A DNA stretch of 64,000 nt, from positions 164,300,001 to 164,364,000 of the forward strand of contig JANJGN010000009.1 of assembly GCA_026770705.1 (NCBI GenBank). Direction: 5' to 3'. Each line of letters begins with the position of its first letter. Position 1 is the first letter of the stretch. Under the pieces are notes generated by a model. That model did no database searches. It saw only the letters and a list, made by a program, of their open reading frames with translations, and had not been told where the DNA came from. This stretch comes from Isurus oxyrinchus (Eukaryota). The translations under genes were made by a program, and so were the position numbers. This document shows, one piece after another, positions 26,501 to 36,795 of the stretch.

Positions 26501-29500
26501 TTAAACTGTTGCACTGATTTATTTTTATTGTATTTTACAACGTGTGTGTTATAATTTCACACTGAACAGTTACGTACGCTGCATTAAATGGACCAGATGT
26601 TATCAATGCATTAGTCGGACAATCGATCCATGTCACATGTACACATGACAAATACTACAGCAATTATCGAAAGTACTGGTGCAAAGGCAACACCCAGGAA
26701 GCCTGTGCTATTCTCATGCAAACCCACAGCCTGAGTAAGACAAATTCTGATGGCAGAATCACCATTGCAGCTGATAATGAATCAGGGGAGTTTACAGTCA
26801 CAATGGAACACTTAACTCAGGATGATGAAGGCTTGTACTGGTGTGGAATCGAAAGGCCTTTCTGGGACCTGTTAAGCCCTGTGGAACTTAAAATCACTGA
26901 AGGTAGGATCTGGATGTTTCTGTTTATTTTGGGCATTTTCAGCTGCATAGTTTCGAGTTTATAACTTTTGCAGTATGATTTAGCATATGTTCTGCAACAT
27001 TTCCAAAGCTTTGTGGTGGTAAGTTAGAATCCTGTAAAGAGGATCATGAAAAATAACAAACTGGGTTGGATTTAACAGCCCCCAACTCGCCGACTAAAAC
27101 ATCGGGGGTTGGGGGGGGGGGGGGGGGGGGTGGGGGGGGCAGCCTGCCCAGCAGAAGGCAATTGATTGGCCACTAATAAACTAGAGGTGGGATTTCCACC
27201 CCTGAAGTTCCCCCTCAGAGAGCTGCTGGCCACAGGAGGAGGTCGCAACAGGTGAGAGTTTGGCAGTCTTGCAGGTTCCCGCAAGGGGGCTTGTGGTGGT
27301 GGTGGTGGGGGGGGGCGGATGCGAGGGTATGAGAGGCCACAGGCCATGGGAGGGTGGGGGACCTGTGGTGGTGGGGGAGTAAAACTTTGGGAGGACACTG
27401 TGATGGGCCCAGAGGGCCTGTTAATGAGGGATGTCCCTGCCCAACGCCAGGCCATGCGCTTGGTGTGAGCCTTTTCCCTGCCACTGGTTAAATCCCAGTG
27501 AGGGCAGGATGAGACCCTAAGTGGACATTAAATGCCCACTAAAGGGACTCAGTTGACCCACAGGCACTGACACTACCTCCACCATTGGTAAAATTGCAGT
27601 GGGGGCAGGAGTGGGGATTGGTGTAATTTGCCTTTAAGGGATAGCAGCATGACATCACTGCCTGTGATCAGAATGTAGCACAGCTCTGATATCTTCCAAG
27701 CTTTCTACCTTTGTATAAATATTCTCATCTGCCTGTTCTCAGTAAATGAACCAACAACGTTTTTACACAATCCCTTATGAGTGATTGGTGCCTATATCAT
27801 TATAACAACACAACAGTCAGGTAGGCAGCACCCATGCCACCCACTGCATCTAAAATGCCATCCCCAAATCAATATACAGGACAGCATTAAATTCAGACCA
27901 AAATATATAATTTTAGTACTAATTCTGCTCATGAAACTTTCCATTTTTTTTCATCACAAATTTGAAGAAATTTATCTCTGTTGACTTAGACTGATGTGTA
28001 ACATAATTTGGCAGTATAATTTAATAACAATTATTTATATAATTTCTAACAGGTCCCAAAGTACTTCTATCAATCTCCCCATCAGACAAGGAAATCCTAA
28101 GGTAAATGTCATGCCTATTTAAACTGGTCTATTCTGAACATTAATTCTGTCTCTACACAATAGTGATCACACTAAAGAGAGGGCACCGAGGAGGTTTATG
28201 AGCGTGTTGCTGGGACTGAAGAATATCACAGGCAGAAGTGGAACTAAGACTGGATTACATGACACACTTCCCTTCTAGTGATGTCCTGGTGCTATCTCTT
28301 AAAGGCATATTACAACAATTCCCACTCCTGCCCCCATTGCAATTTTACCAATGGTAGTGGTATGTCAGTGCCTGTGGGTCAACTAATTCCCTTTACTGGG
28401 CATTTAATGCCCACTTAGGGTCTCATCCTGCCCTCACTGGGATTTAACCAGTGGCAGGGAAGAGGCTCACACCAAGCGCATGGCCTGGCGTTGGGCAGGG
28501 ACATCCCTCATTAACAGACCCTCTGGACCCATCACAGTGTCCTCCCAAAGTTTTACTCCCCTGCCACCACAGGTTCCTCTCCCTCTCATACCTTCACATC
28601 CCGCACCCCCCCCCCCCCCACCCCCCCAACCCCCTTGAGGGAACCTTCATGAGGAAAGATTGGTTGGGCTGGGGTTGTTTCCTTTGAACAGAGGAGGTTG
28701 AGGGGACATTTAATTGTGAGGGGGCCAGATAGAGTGGATTTCCCTCAACAGAGAGGTCAAAAACTGGGGGCATAGATTTAAAGAAATTGGTATGAGGTTT
28801 AAAGGGGAGTTTAGGATAGGTTTTTCACCAGAAGATGGTGGGGCTATGGAGCTCACTGCTGGAAAGGGTGGTGGAGGCAGAGACCTTCAATGTATTTTTA
28901 AAAATGCTTGGATATGCACTTGAGTGCCTGAACTTACAGGGCTATGCACCAAGAGCTGGAAGGTGGAATTAGGCTGGAATGCTCCTTTTTTGTGGTAGGC
29001 ACAGACGTGCTGGGCCGAAAGGCCTCCTCCTGTTCCAATTTCCTATGGGCAGAATTTTCCAGCCTCCTCCCCCTCACTGGCAGGCGGTGGGGTGGGGGCA
29101 CAATGTGGCGGGAGCTAAAAGACTGGTTTCTCATCGATGCAAAATGGCAGCAGAAATGCCCCCTCCCGCCCATCATGGTGGGGTCACCATTCCCACCAGA
29201 GGTCAGCAAGAAGCCGTTTTGCATCCCATTAATGGGATACCGATGAAGACCCGACTGGAATTGTGCCCCCCCCCGCCTCGTCCAATTTTCCACAATGCCG
29301 GGCTAACGTGTCCTGGACAATCACTGCTCACCCGGAAGGAGAGGCCATGGGGCAGCGAGCAGACAGTGGACGATGGAGATCTCCAGTGACTGTGTACCCT
29401 GGAGCACCACATGCAGCCGTGGGTGGGTGGAGCGTCAATCACGTGTATCTTCTAGCCGCAGGATCTTCCCAGCAGTGGATCTTCTCACGACAGGTGTTCG

Positions 29501-32500
29501 ACTGCATGAGGTACTGTTCGGCGGCAATGGTCTGTGCTGGCGGGGGAATTAGACAAGGAGGACAGGAATCCCCTCATGCCTGTTCATGCCTGCACATCCC
29601 TCACACCACCACCAACCCCACCCCCACCCCAACCAACGCTCCATTATGGCCCTTTTTCCAGCCTCCCACTCCATACCAGCTCCCTTATTCTACAACTCCT
29701 GCAGCATCTCTCTCTTTCCCCTACCAAGCCCAATCTCTCCTGCCCCACAACCACCCCCCCACCCCACAAGCCTCCACATCCATCCCATCTCTTCATTCCT
29801 GTCCTCCTCGTCTAATGCAATGGGGCGTGTATGTGGTGTGGTGCACACAGGCATAAGGGCTATGAATGGCAGATAAACCACATCCGACCTCATTAAAGTT
29901 AGAAATGTGTCATAGCATTGACAATCACAGTGCACCCACGCAACCACATGAAAGCAAGATTTAATCTTGCATTTCCTGCCACTTCTGCTAGATGCTCCCC
30001 TGACAGCCACAGTAGTGGTGGAGGCAGCTTGCTAACTAGTTTGCCCTGTTTTCTTAGAGGATCTTGGTGGGCATCCTCTGGAGACCTGAGGCCTGGACTG
30101 CCCCAGCTTACTTTGGCTGTCCTGCTGTGGGGCCTCTGCAGTCACAGAGGGCGGAGCTGAGAGGGGGGTCACAGGCAAGGGGGATTCCGAAGGCCCGGCG
30201 TTCTCCGAGAGTCCTGACAGAGTGTTCCGGTGAGGCCCAACAGCCACGCCTCCTCCCTTTGGGTGGCTGAAGGCCCCTGCCTGACTCCTTGAGGAGCAGG
30301 AGTGCCTGGAGGGAGGTCGAGGTGCCCCATCCCCATCCCACATAGCCACTGCAAAAGCTTAACCATGGCTACAGCAATGGACTGCAGATCTACACGCATC
30401 TCCAGAAGAAACTGGGCATTCCATCTTCCTATGGAGACCTCAATGCGTGCACATGTCGGCACCACTTCATCAGCCAGCAGGTGGACGGACTCCTTTGCCT
30501 CACGTGTCACTCTATTGAGGGCCTCCGTCACCTCTACCTGATGTTGCCCACCTCTCGCAGGGCCCAGCCCTGAGGCTCGTCCTCTGACTTGGGCATCACA
30601 GGTACCTCTTCCCCAGCAGTCCTTCCAGTGCCAGTGAGCTTGGCTGACCCTGCCTTCTCCTATTGTGGACACATGTCTGTGCGCTGACCACCAGAATGTG
30701 AGGTCCAGTCTGAACTATGTCTAGTACCCACTAAGGTGTGTGTCTCTGCGCTGGAGGAGGGTGCAGGTGACTGCTACAGGTCCTCCTCCCCAAAGTCCTC
30801 GGTCCTGTGTGGGCTGGAGGATCTGTTGGGCAGTGTCCCCACTTCTTCCCTTGCCCTCTTCCTGCAGGCACCTGTAAGAGAGGAGCGGGCGAGCTGCCTC
30901 CAACATAGAGGAACACATAAACCTTAGGTTTCTATGTGACTACATTATGCATGGCTCCTTACTGGATGGAGGCTGCCCTCTGACCTCTCTATCCGCTCAG
31001 GCTCAGTCCGATTCTTCCCCTGTCAGTCGGGCTGCCTGCTCCTCGAACTCAGTGATGGCCTCCTCCTGTCTTCCCTCTACCTCTCCTGTCGTCCCTCAAC
31101 TTTTCTCAAAGAGAGGTGGGGTTGAAAGCAATTAGGGATCAAGTTTCTTTCTCATGCTCCCATCTGACAAATAATCCATTGGATTTGGTGCCGTGTGATT
31201 GATGCACTGCAGGTTGTTCACAAGGGTTCTCGGGCTGCACCCTCCAGAGCGCTGAGCCCATGGAGGTAGAAGGATAAGGCTCACAGAGGCATTTCATTAG
31301 CGGTGATTGCCCTTAACATCTAATCCCCTTTCCCCCCACCGCACCCCTCCCAGACAGCATCTGAGTTCTCTGTGTGAAAGGGACAGGGACCCACAGTGGC
31401 CTCTCCACCTGCAGACTGGATGGACTGCAGTGGGGCTGGGAGGCATTACCTTGTCACGTTGAGTAGTTCCATCATGCATGAGCTGCGTGGATGGTGCTCT
31501 TACCACTGAGGCCCATGTGCCTTCTCCTATTCAGTGAGGCAAGTGTAAGCAGTTGAGGTTCCACTTATCTTGGCAGCGCAGTTGAGATCATTCATCCGTT
31601 TCCAGCCTTGCAGGATAGTCTTTTCTGGTGGAGGCCCTGAGCACTGAGCACCCCTGGGACTCCCTCCCACGCAGGGTTGGTCATATGGCTCGGTCTCCTC
31701 CTTCCATCCTCAGGGTAGAACACACCCCATTGGCCTCCACTGCATTAAGCAGCACATCAGGGGGAAGTGTCACTGAATTTGGGGGCTGGAACTCCCTGTG
31801 ATCAACAGGCATCTCCTCCTTCAATGGTGGGTATGGAAGAAGTTGCTGTTCAGATGCCTTTAAAATATGGTGCCCGGATATGATGGGGTGGCACACCCCA
31901 TCCAACCTGCCCCACCGTGCCATACATCAGCAAACCCCCGGCTGCATAATTAATTAGGCCAGCACTGCATAATTCAGCACAAATTCCTACTCACCTCCAC
32001 GACAGGAAACACTCCCGGTTCCCATCCCACTTAAGGCCTCGAATGGAAAATTCCTCCCTATGTTTCTAAGTGTAAAAAGTGAGTAACGTCCCATCGGGTT
32101 ATGAGGGATCTTAAATCATTTCCCTGGGAAGCTGCAGGTTAATGATTGCCGAATGAGTGGGATGACAATGTGGCTGGAGGAATTGCATTTTGGACACTCA
32201 TGTCGGAACCAAAACAGGATATTTCTGACCTTATGCGATAATACAACATGCGTGATAATGGACTGGCAAATCTCTCCAGTTGAAGTCAATAGAAATAAAG
32301 GTCAGGAAAGACAGCACTATCAGCTGGCTGCCTCATGCGCTCAGATAGTTAAAATCCAGAAGTGAATCCCCTGTTGCACCAATGATATATTTTTGCCATC
32401 CTTTAGCCACCAAAATCCTTCACCGTCACTGGGTCAAAATCCTGGCACTCCCTCCCCAACAGCACTGTGGGTTTACCCCGCCACATGGACTGCAGCGGTT

Positions 32501-34801
32501 CAAGAAGGCAGCTCACCACCACCTTCTCAAGGGGCAATTAGGGATGGGCAATAAATGCTGGCCCAGCCAGCGAAGCCCACATCCCCCGAATGAATAAAGA
32601 AAAAACAATCATCAAATTGAATTTGAAAGAATTTCCAGGGCTTTTTGTTTTCTTTTGTAGATTATGGCAGCCAGCATTTACTGCCCTTCCCTAACTGGCC
32701 TTAAACTGAGTGGCTCCCCAGGCCATTTCAGAGTCAACCACACTTGCTTTGAGTCTGGATTCAAATGTAGGCCAGGCCAGGTTAGCAGATTTCCTTCCCT
32801 AAAGGGACATTAGTGAGGATAATCAATGATAGCTTCATGGTCACCACCACTGAGACTAGCTTTCAATTGCAGATTTAATGAATTGAGTTTAAATTCCACC
32901 AGCTGCTATGGTGGGAATTTGAACCCATGTCCCCAGAAGATTAACCTGGGCCTCTGGATTACTAGACTAGTGACGTTACCACTATGCCAACATATTCCCT
33001 GAATTGCTGCCTCATTTTAGTTAAAGATCTAGTTCACAGTCTCTAATGAGGCTTTCCCCACTCTTCTGCCATAACTTTGACAGGAGACTGGCAAAATCCT
33101 GAATGAAACGGTACCAGCAACCATCCCAGTGGGAGATCGGCTGCAGAAATTCCAGGCACTAAATTCCCATGGATTGAAATTTCATATCATTCGTTCATTG
33201 CTTAGCCTGGTGGAGGTCCACCCAAGCCTGATACACCCTTGAGTCCTGCGGTTTATCAAATTTTGCAAGAAATATGTTAAAGAAAGTAATTTATCTTGAT
33301 TGGGAGGCAATTTTAATCCAATGAGTCTGTCAAACAACTCATGGGATTAGGTGCAATATTGGCTTTACAACCAGCTCCCTACAGGAATTTTAATGGCCAG
33401 CGTAAACACAGTGTTCTGCCCCATCCCATGTGTTTCTTTCCCACAGCGTGAGGCTAAGATTACCCCCTTGTCTTTTTGTTACCAGTAAGTATTGTGCTTA
33501 AAACCCACCTGCAGCAGCCCACTGTCATCTTTTGTTCACAGCGCCGGTTGCATATTTAAATCAAGACATAAAAATCCATTTTAGCGAGAACAAAAAGCAG
33601 AATCCCATAGATGCTGGAATTCAGAAACAAAATCAGGAAATTTTGGAAAAGACATTACTCATTTTAACAGTTCGAAACATAGAAAAAGGGACCATAAGGA
33701 GGCCATTCAGCCCAATATGTCTGTGCTTGCCAAAAAAAGAGCATTCCAGCCTGATCCCACCTTCCACCTCTTGGTCCATGGCCCTGTAAGTTAGAGCACT
33801 TCAAGTGCATATCTAAGCAGTTATTTTAAATACAGTGAGGGCTTCAGCCTCTATCACCCATTCAAGCAGTGAGTTCCATATCCACACTAGCCGTCCTCAA
33901 CTCCCTCCTAATCCTTCTACCAATCACTTTAAATCTATGCCCCCTGGTTTTTGACCTTTCTGCTGAGGGAAATAGATCAGTCAGCATCTGTGGAGAAAAC
34001 AGACAGGGTAACATTTCAATGATAAAAACAAAAAAACTGCGGATGCTGGAAATCCAAAACAAAAACAGAATTACCTGGAAAAACTCAGCAGGTCTGACAG
34101 CATCAGCGGAGAAGAAAAGAGTTGATGTTTCGAGTCCTCATGACCCTTTGACAATTCTGTCAAAGGGTCATGAGGACTCGAAATGTCAACTCTTTTCTTC
34201 TCCGCTGATGCTGCCAGACCTGCTGAGTTTTTCCAGGTAATTCTGTTTTTGTTTAGGGTAACATTTCAGTTCTGACGAAGAGACTATATCTGAAAGGTTC
34301 ATCTCAGCTGTTCTATCCAGCACTGCTGACTGACAATTTCCTCCTTTTCTAATCAAAGCAAGTATTTTTATAGCAGGGAGAGATCAGTAGAAGCTGACTC
34401 ACGATGCTCTGCTGCCGTTAGGTTACCACATCTATTGAGAAAAGCAAATTTCATCCCTCTTGGCACAGGTTAGAACTGGGACGTAACGCACCTTCCAACT
34501 CAATGCTTTGTCCTCACTAATTTAAATGGACGGACTATCACGGGTCAAAGTGTGCGCCGGACAGTAATTAGCCAGGTGCCCAGGAGCATGAAAGTAGATA
34601 GGTTCGGCCACAAGTGTAACTAAATAAATCACACATCTAAGTTAACTCTGTGGATTCAGAAAACTATCTTGATGAAACCATTTTGTCTCCTACCTACCTA
34701 GGCAAAATAAATATCTGTACTATTTTATATGGAGCATTTTACGTTGGGCATTCTTCATCATTCTCCTCATTTGGGCCATTTTTGTCAAACTGAAAATATA
34801 G
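23544..34801 (+). CDS. Gene 1: CD300/CMRF35/pIgR-like single IgV receptor; join(23544..23583,26570..26902,28053..28101,34702..34801), 173 aa
   Basis: All introns GT-AG with matching phases (1,1,2). The spliced product is open: MDLSFHLFMISFS-VTYAALNGP...VTC...KYWCKGNTQEAC...DEGLYWCG...LKITE-GPKVLLSISPSDKEIL-RQNKYLYYFIWSILRWAFFIILLIWAIFVKLKI*. It has a signal peptide, a V domain with the extra Cx7C pair, a stalk and a TM. Confidence 0.85.
23790..24125 (+). mobile_element. Degenerate Deu-domain SINE (gene 1 intron 1)
   Basis: tRNA-like head ggttgtgggttcaagtccca; same tail as the other copies. Confidence 0.55.
24731..24837. mobile_element. 107-bp Harbinger-type MITE
   Basis: Imperfect TIR ggccagggttttcc / ggaaaattccgccc; TSD ATT; sits in a Penelope hammerhead remnant. 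Confidence 0.75.
25369..26385. mobile_element. Harbinger-type MITE containing a CR1 tail insertion (~25919-26085)
   Basis: TIR gcctggattttcac / gtgaaaatccaggc; GTT on both flanks. Confidence 0.75.
26570..26902 (+). CDS. Gene 1 exon 2 (IgV domain, CD300/pIgR type)
   Basis: 333-nt phase-1/1 exon, aacag|...G|gtagg. Motifs: VTC, KYWC-x7-C, GRITI.D, FTVTM..L...DEGLYWCG. Confidence 0.93.
27273..28646. repeat. Inverted duplication: arms 27273-27668 and 28225-28646, flanking gene 1 exon 3
   Basis: Arms are reverse complements, shown by the near-identical spurious ORFs 27215..27484(-) and 28451..28687(+). Confidence 0.92.
28053..28101 (+). CDS. Gene 1 exon 3 (stalk GPKVLLSISPSDKEILR)
   Basis: ctaacag| and AG|gtaaat; 49 nt. 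Homologous to gene 2 exon 3 (PK...DKE.LR), including the downstream intron sequence. Confidence 0.85.
28165..29046 (+). mobile_element. CR1 3' fragment interrupted by the right arm of the inverted duplication
   Basis: RRFTRMLPGL-like sequence at ~28180-28220 resumes as EERL..LGLF at ~28650; tail runs to 29046. Confidence 0.7.
29047..32058 (-). mobile_element. Non-autonomous Harbinger element with decayed Myb/SANT gene
   Basis: TIR gggcagaattttcc / ggaaaattcctccc; TSD TAT. Minus-strand remnants resemble the Myb gene of the 48318-52750 element. Confidence 0.78.
34019..34254. mobile_element. Palindromic Penelope insertion (97-bp arms 34057-34153 / 34158-34254) with 14-bp TSD
   Basis: Near-perfect inverted arms with a 4-nt loop; agggtaacatttca at 34005-34018 and 34255-34268. 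Confidence 0.88.
34702..34801 (+). CDS. Gene 1 exon 4 (transmembrane, intramembrane Arg, stop)
   Basis: Pyrimidine tract plus tag| acceptor. In phase 2 it reads QNKYLYYFIWSILRWAFFIILLIWAIFVKLKI*. Confidence 0.85.
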
Positions 34802-34989
34802 GTGATTAAAAACTGGTAAGTTGTTGATTTGAATCATTTCTGTGCATTTAAGTTTAAGCACAACACATTTGGAGGGATTCCTTATAATCTGCTTATTATA
34901 TTTCAGAAAGGATAGCAGAACCATGACAATATATTTCTGAAGTAAACGTGCACTCATTTTGTCTTGTATTGAGATCATTTTTTGAGGGG

Positions 34990-36795
34990 ACTTTTTATTG
35001 ACATTGATGCTAAAAGGTTAGTTAAGGAAAAAGTGGGACCTATCAGAGATGAAGATGGAAACTTGTGTGTAGATGCAGAGGCTGTGGGAAGGGTTTTGAA
35101 TGAATATTTCGTCACCGTGTTTACAAAGGAAAGGGAGGATGTAGATATAGTAGTCCAGGAGGAACACTGCGAGATATTAGATGGGTTAGTCATAAAGAGA
35201 GAGGAAGTACTCGAAGGGCTGAAATGCTTGAAAGTTGATAAGTCACCAGGGCCAGATGGATTGTTTCCAAGGCTGCTGAAGGAAGTCAGGGAGGAGATAG
35301 CAGATGCTCTGAGGATGATTTTCCAATCTTCACTAGATACAGGGGAGGTACCGGAGGACTGGAGAAATGCAAACGTAGTTCCATTGTTTAAAAAGGGATC
35401 TAAGGACATGCCAAACAATTATAGGCCAGTTAGTCTTTGTGAGCAAATTAGTAGAATCAATCCTGAGAGATAGGATTATCTGTCATGTGGAAAGGCATGG
35501 ACTAGTCAGGGATGGTCAGCACGGATTTGTTAAAGGAAAGTCTTGCCTCACAAATTTGATTGAATTCTTTGAGGAAGTGACAAGAAGGGTTGATGAAGGT
35601 AGTGCAGTGGATGTTGTGTACATGGATTTTAGCAAGGCATTTGACAAAGTCCCACATGGCAGATTGGTCAGGAAAGTAAAAGCCCATGGGATTCAGGGTA
35701 ATGTGGCAAATTGGATAAAAGGTTGGCTTTGTAACAGGAAACAAAGGTAATGGTTGATGGATGCCCTTGCGAATAGAATGTTGACTCAAGTGGTGTTCCA
35801 CAGGGCGTGGTGTTGGGACCCTTGCTGTTTGTGTTATGTATTAATGATTTGGACATGAACGTGGAGGGCACGATTGGGAAATTTGCAGATGACACAAAGA
35901 TTGGCCAAGTAGTTGATAGTGTAGAGGATAGCCATAATCTCCAAACTTATATAGATGGGTTGGTGGAGTGGGCGGTAAAGTGGCAGATGGATTTTAACAT
36001 AGAGAAGTGTGAAGTCATACATTTAGGGAGATCAAACAGTTACAGGGATTACATAATAAATGGGAATATACTAAGAGGGGTAGATGAAGTGAGAGATCTT
36101 GGCGTACAAGTACACAGGTCCCTGACGGCAGCAGTTCAAGTAAACAAGGTTGTAAAGAAGGCATATGGAAAGCTCTCCTTCACTGGCAGAGGTATAGAAT
36201 ATAAAAGTAAGGATATAATGTTGGAATTGTATAAAACACTGGTGAGGCCACAACTGGAGTATTGTGTGCAGTTCTGGTCACCACATTACAGGAAGGACAT
36301 AATAGCTCTGGAGAGAGTGCAGAGGAGGTTTACAAGAATGTTGCCAGGGTTAGAAAAGTGGAGCTACGAGGAAAGATTGGATAGGTTGGGGTTATTTTCC
36401 TTAGAACAAAGAAGGCTGAGAGGTGATTTGATTGAGGTATACAAAATTATGAGGGGAATAGATAGAGTGGACAGGATCAAATTGTTTCTCTTGGTGGAGA
36501 ATTCTAGATTCAAGATAAGTGGCAGAAGCTGTAGGGGGACATGAAGAAGAACTTTTTTACGCAGAGGGTGGTGGGTGTCTGGAATTTGCTGCCCAAGTTG
36601 GTGCTAGAGGCAGAAGATTTAAACTCTTTTAAAAAGTACCTGGAACTGCACCTTAAGTGCTGTAAGCCGCAGGTCTATGGGCCGGGTGCTGGAAGGTGGG
36701 ATTAGAAAAGGCACCTGGGTGTCCTCGGGCTGGCATGGACAAGATGGGCTGAATGGCCTCCTCCTGTACTGTAACTTTTCTAATGTTCTATGGTT
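34990..36795 (+). mobile_element. 5'-truncated CR1 LINE (RT domain, frameshifted)
   Basis: KSPGPDG, DWRNANVVPLFKKG, NYRPVSL, QHGFVKGKSCLTNL, DFSKAFDKVPH, KFADDTK, RPQLEYCVQFWSP. Confidence 0.95.

Noticed and set aside
26716-26964. ORF-track hydrophobic C-terminus (IWMFLFILGIFSCIVSSL) as a TM directly after the V domain
   Set aside because: It is read-through into intron 2 past a donor conserved with gene 2. An intron-retained isoform cannot be excluded but has no support.
29263-30672. Long Pro/Ser-rich ORFs (197 aa, 167 aa)
   Set aside because: GC-rich internal Harbinger sequence; no host-gene features.
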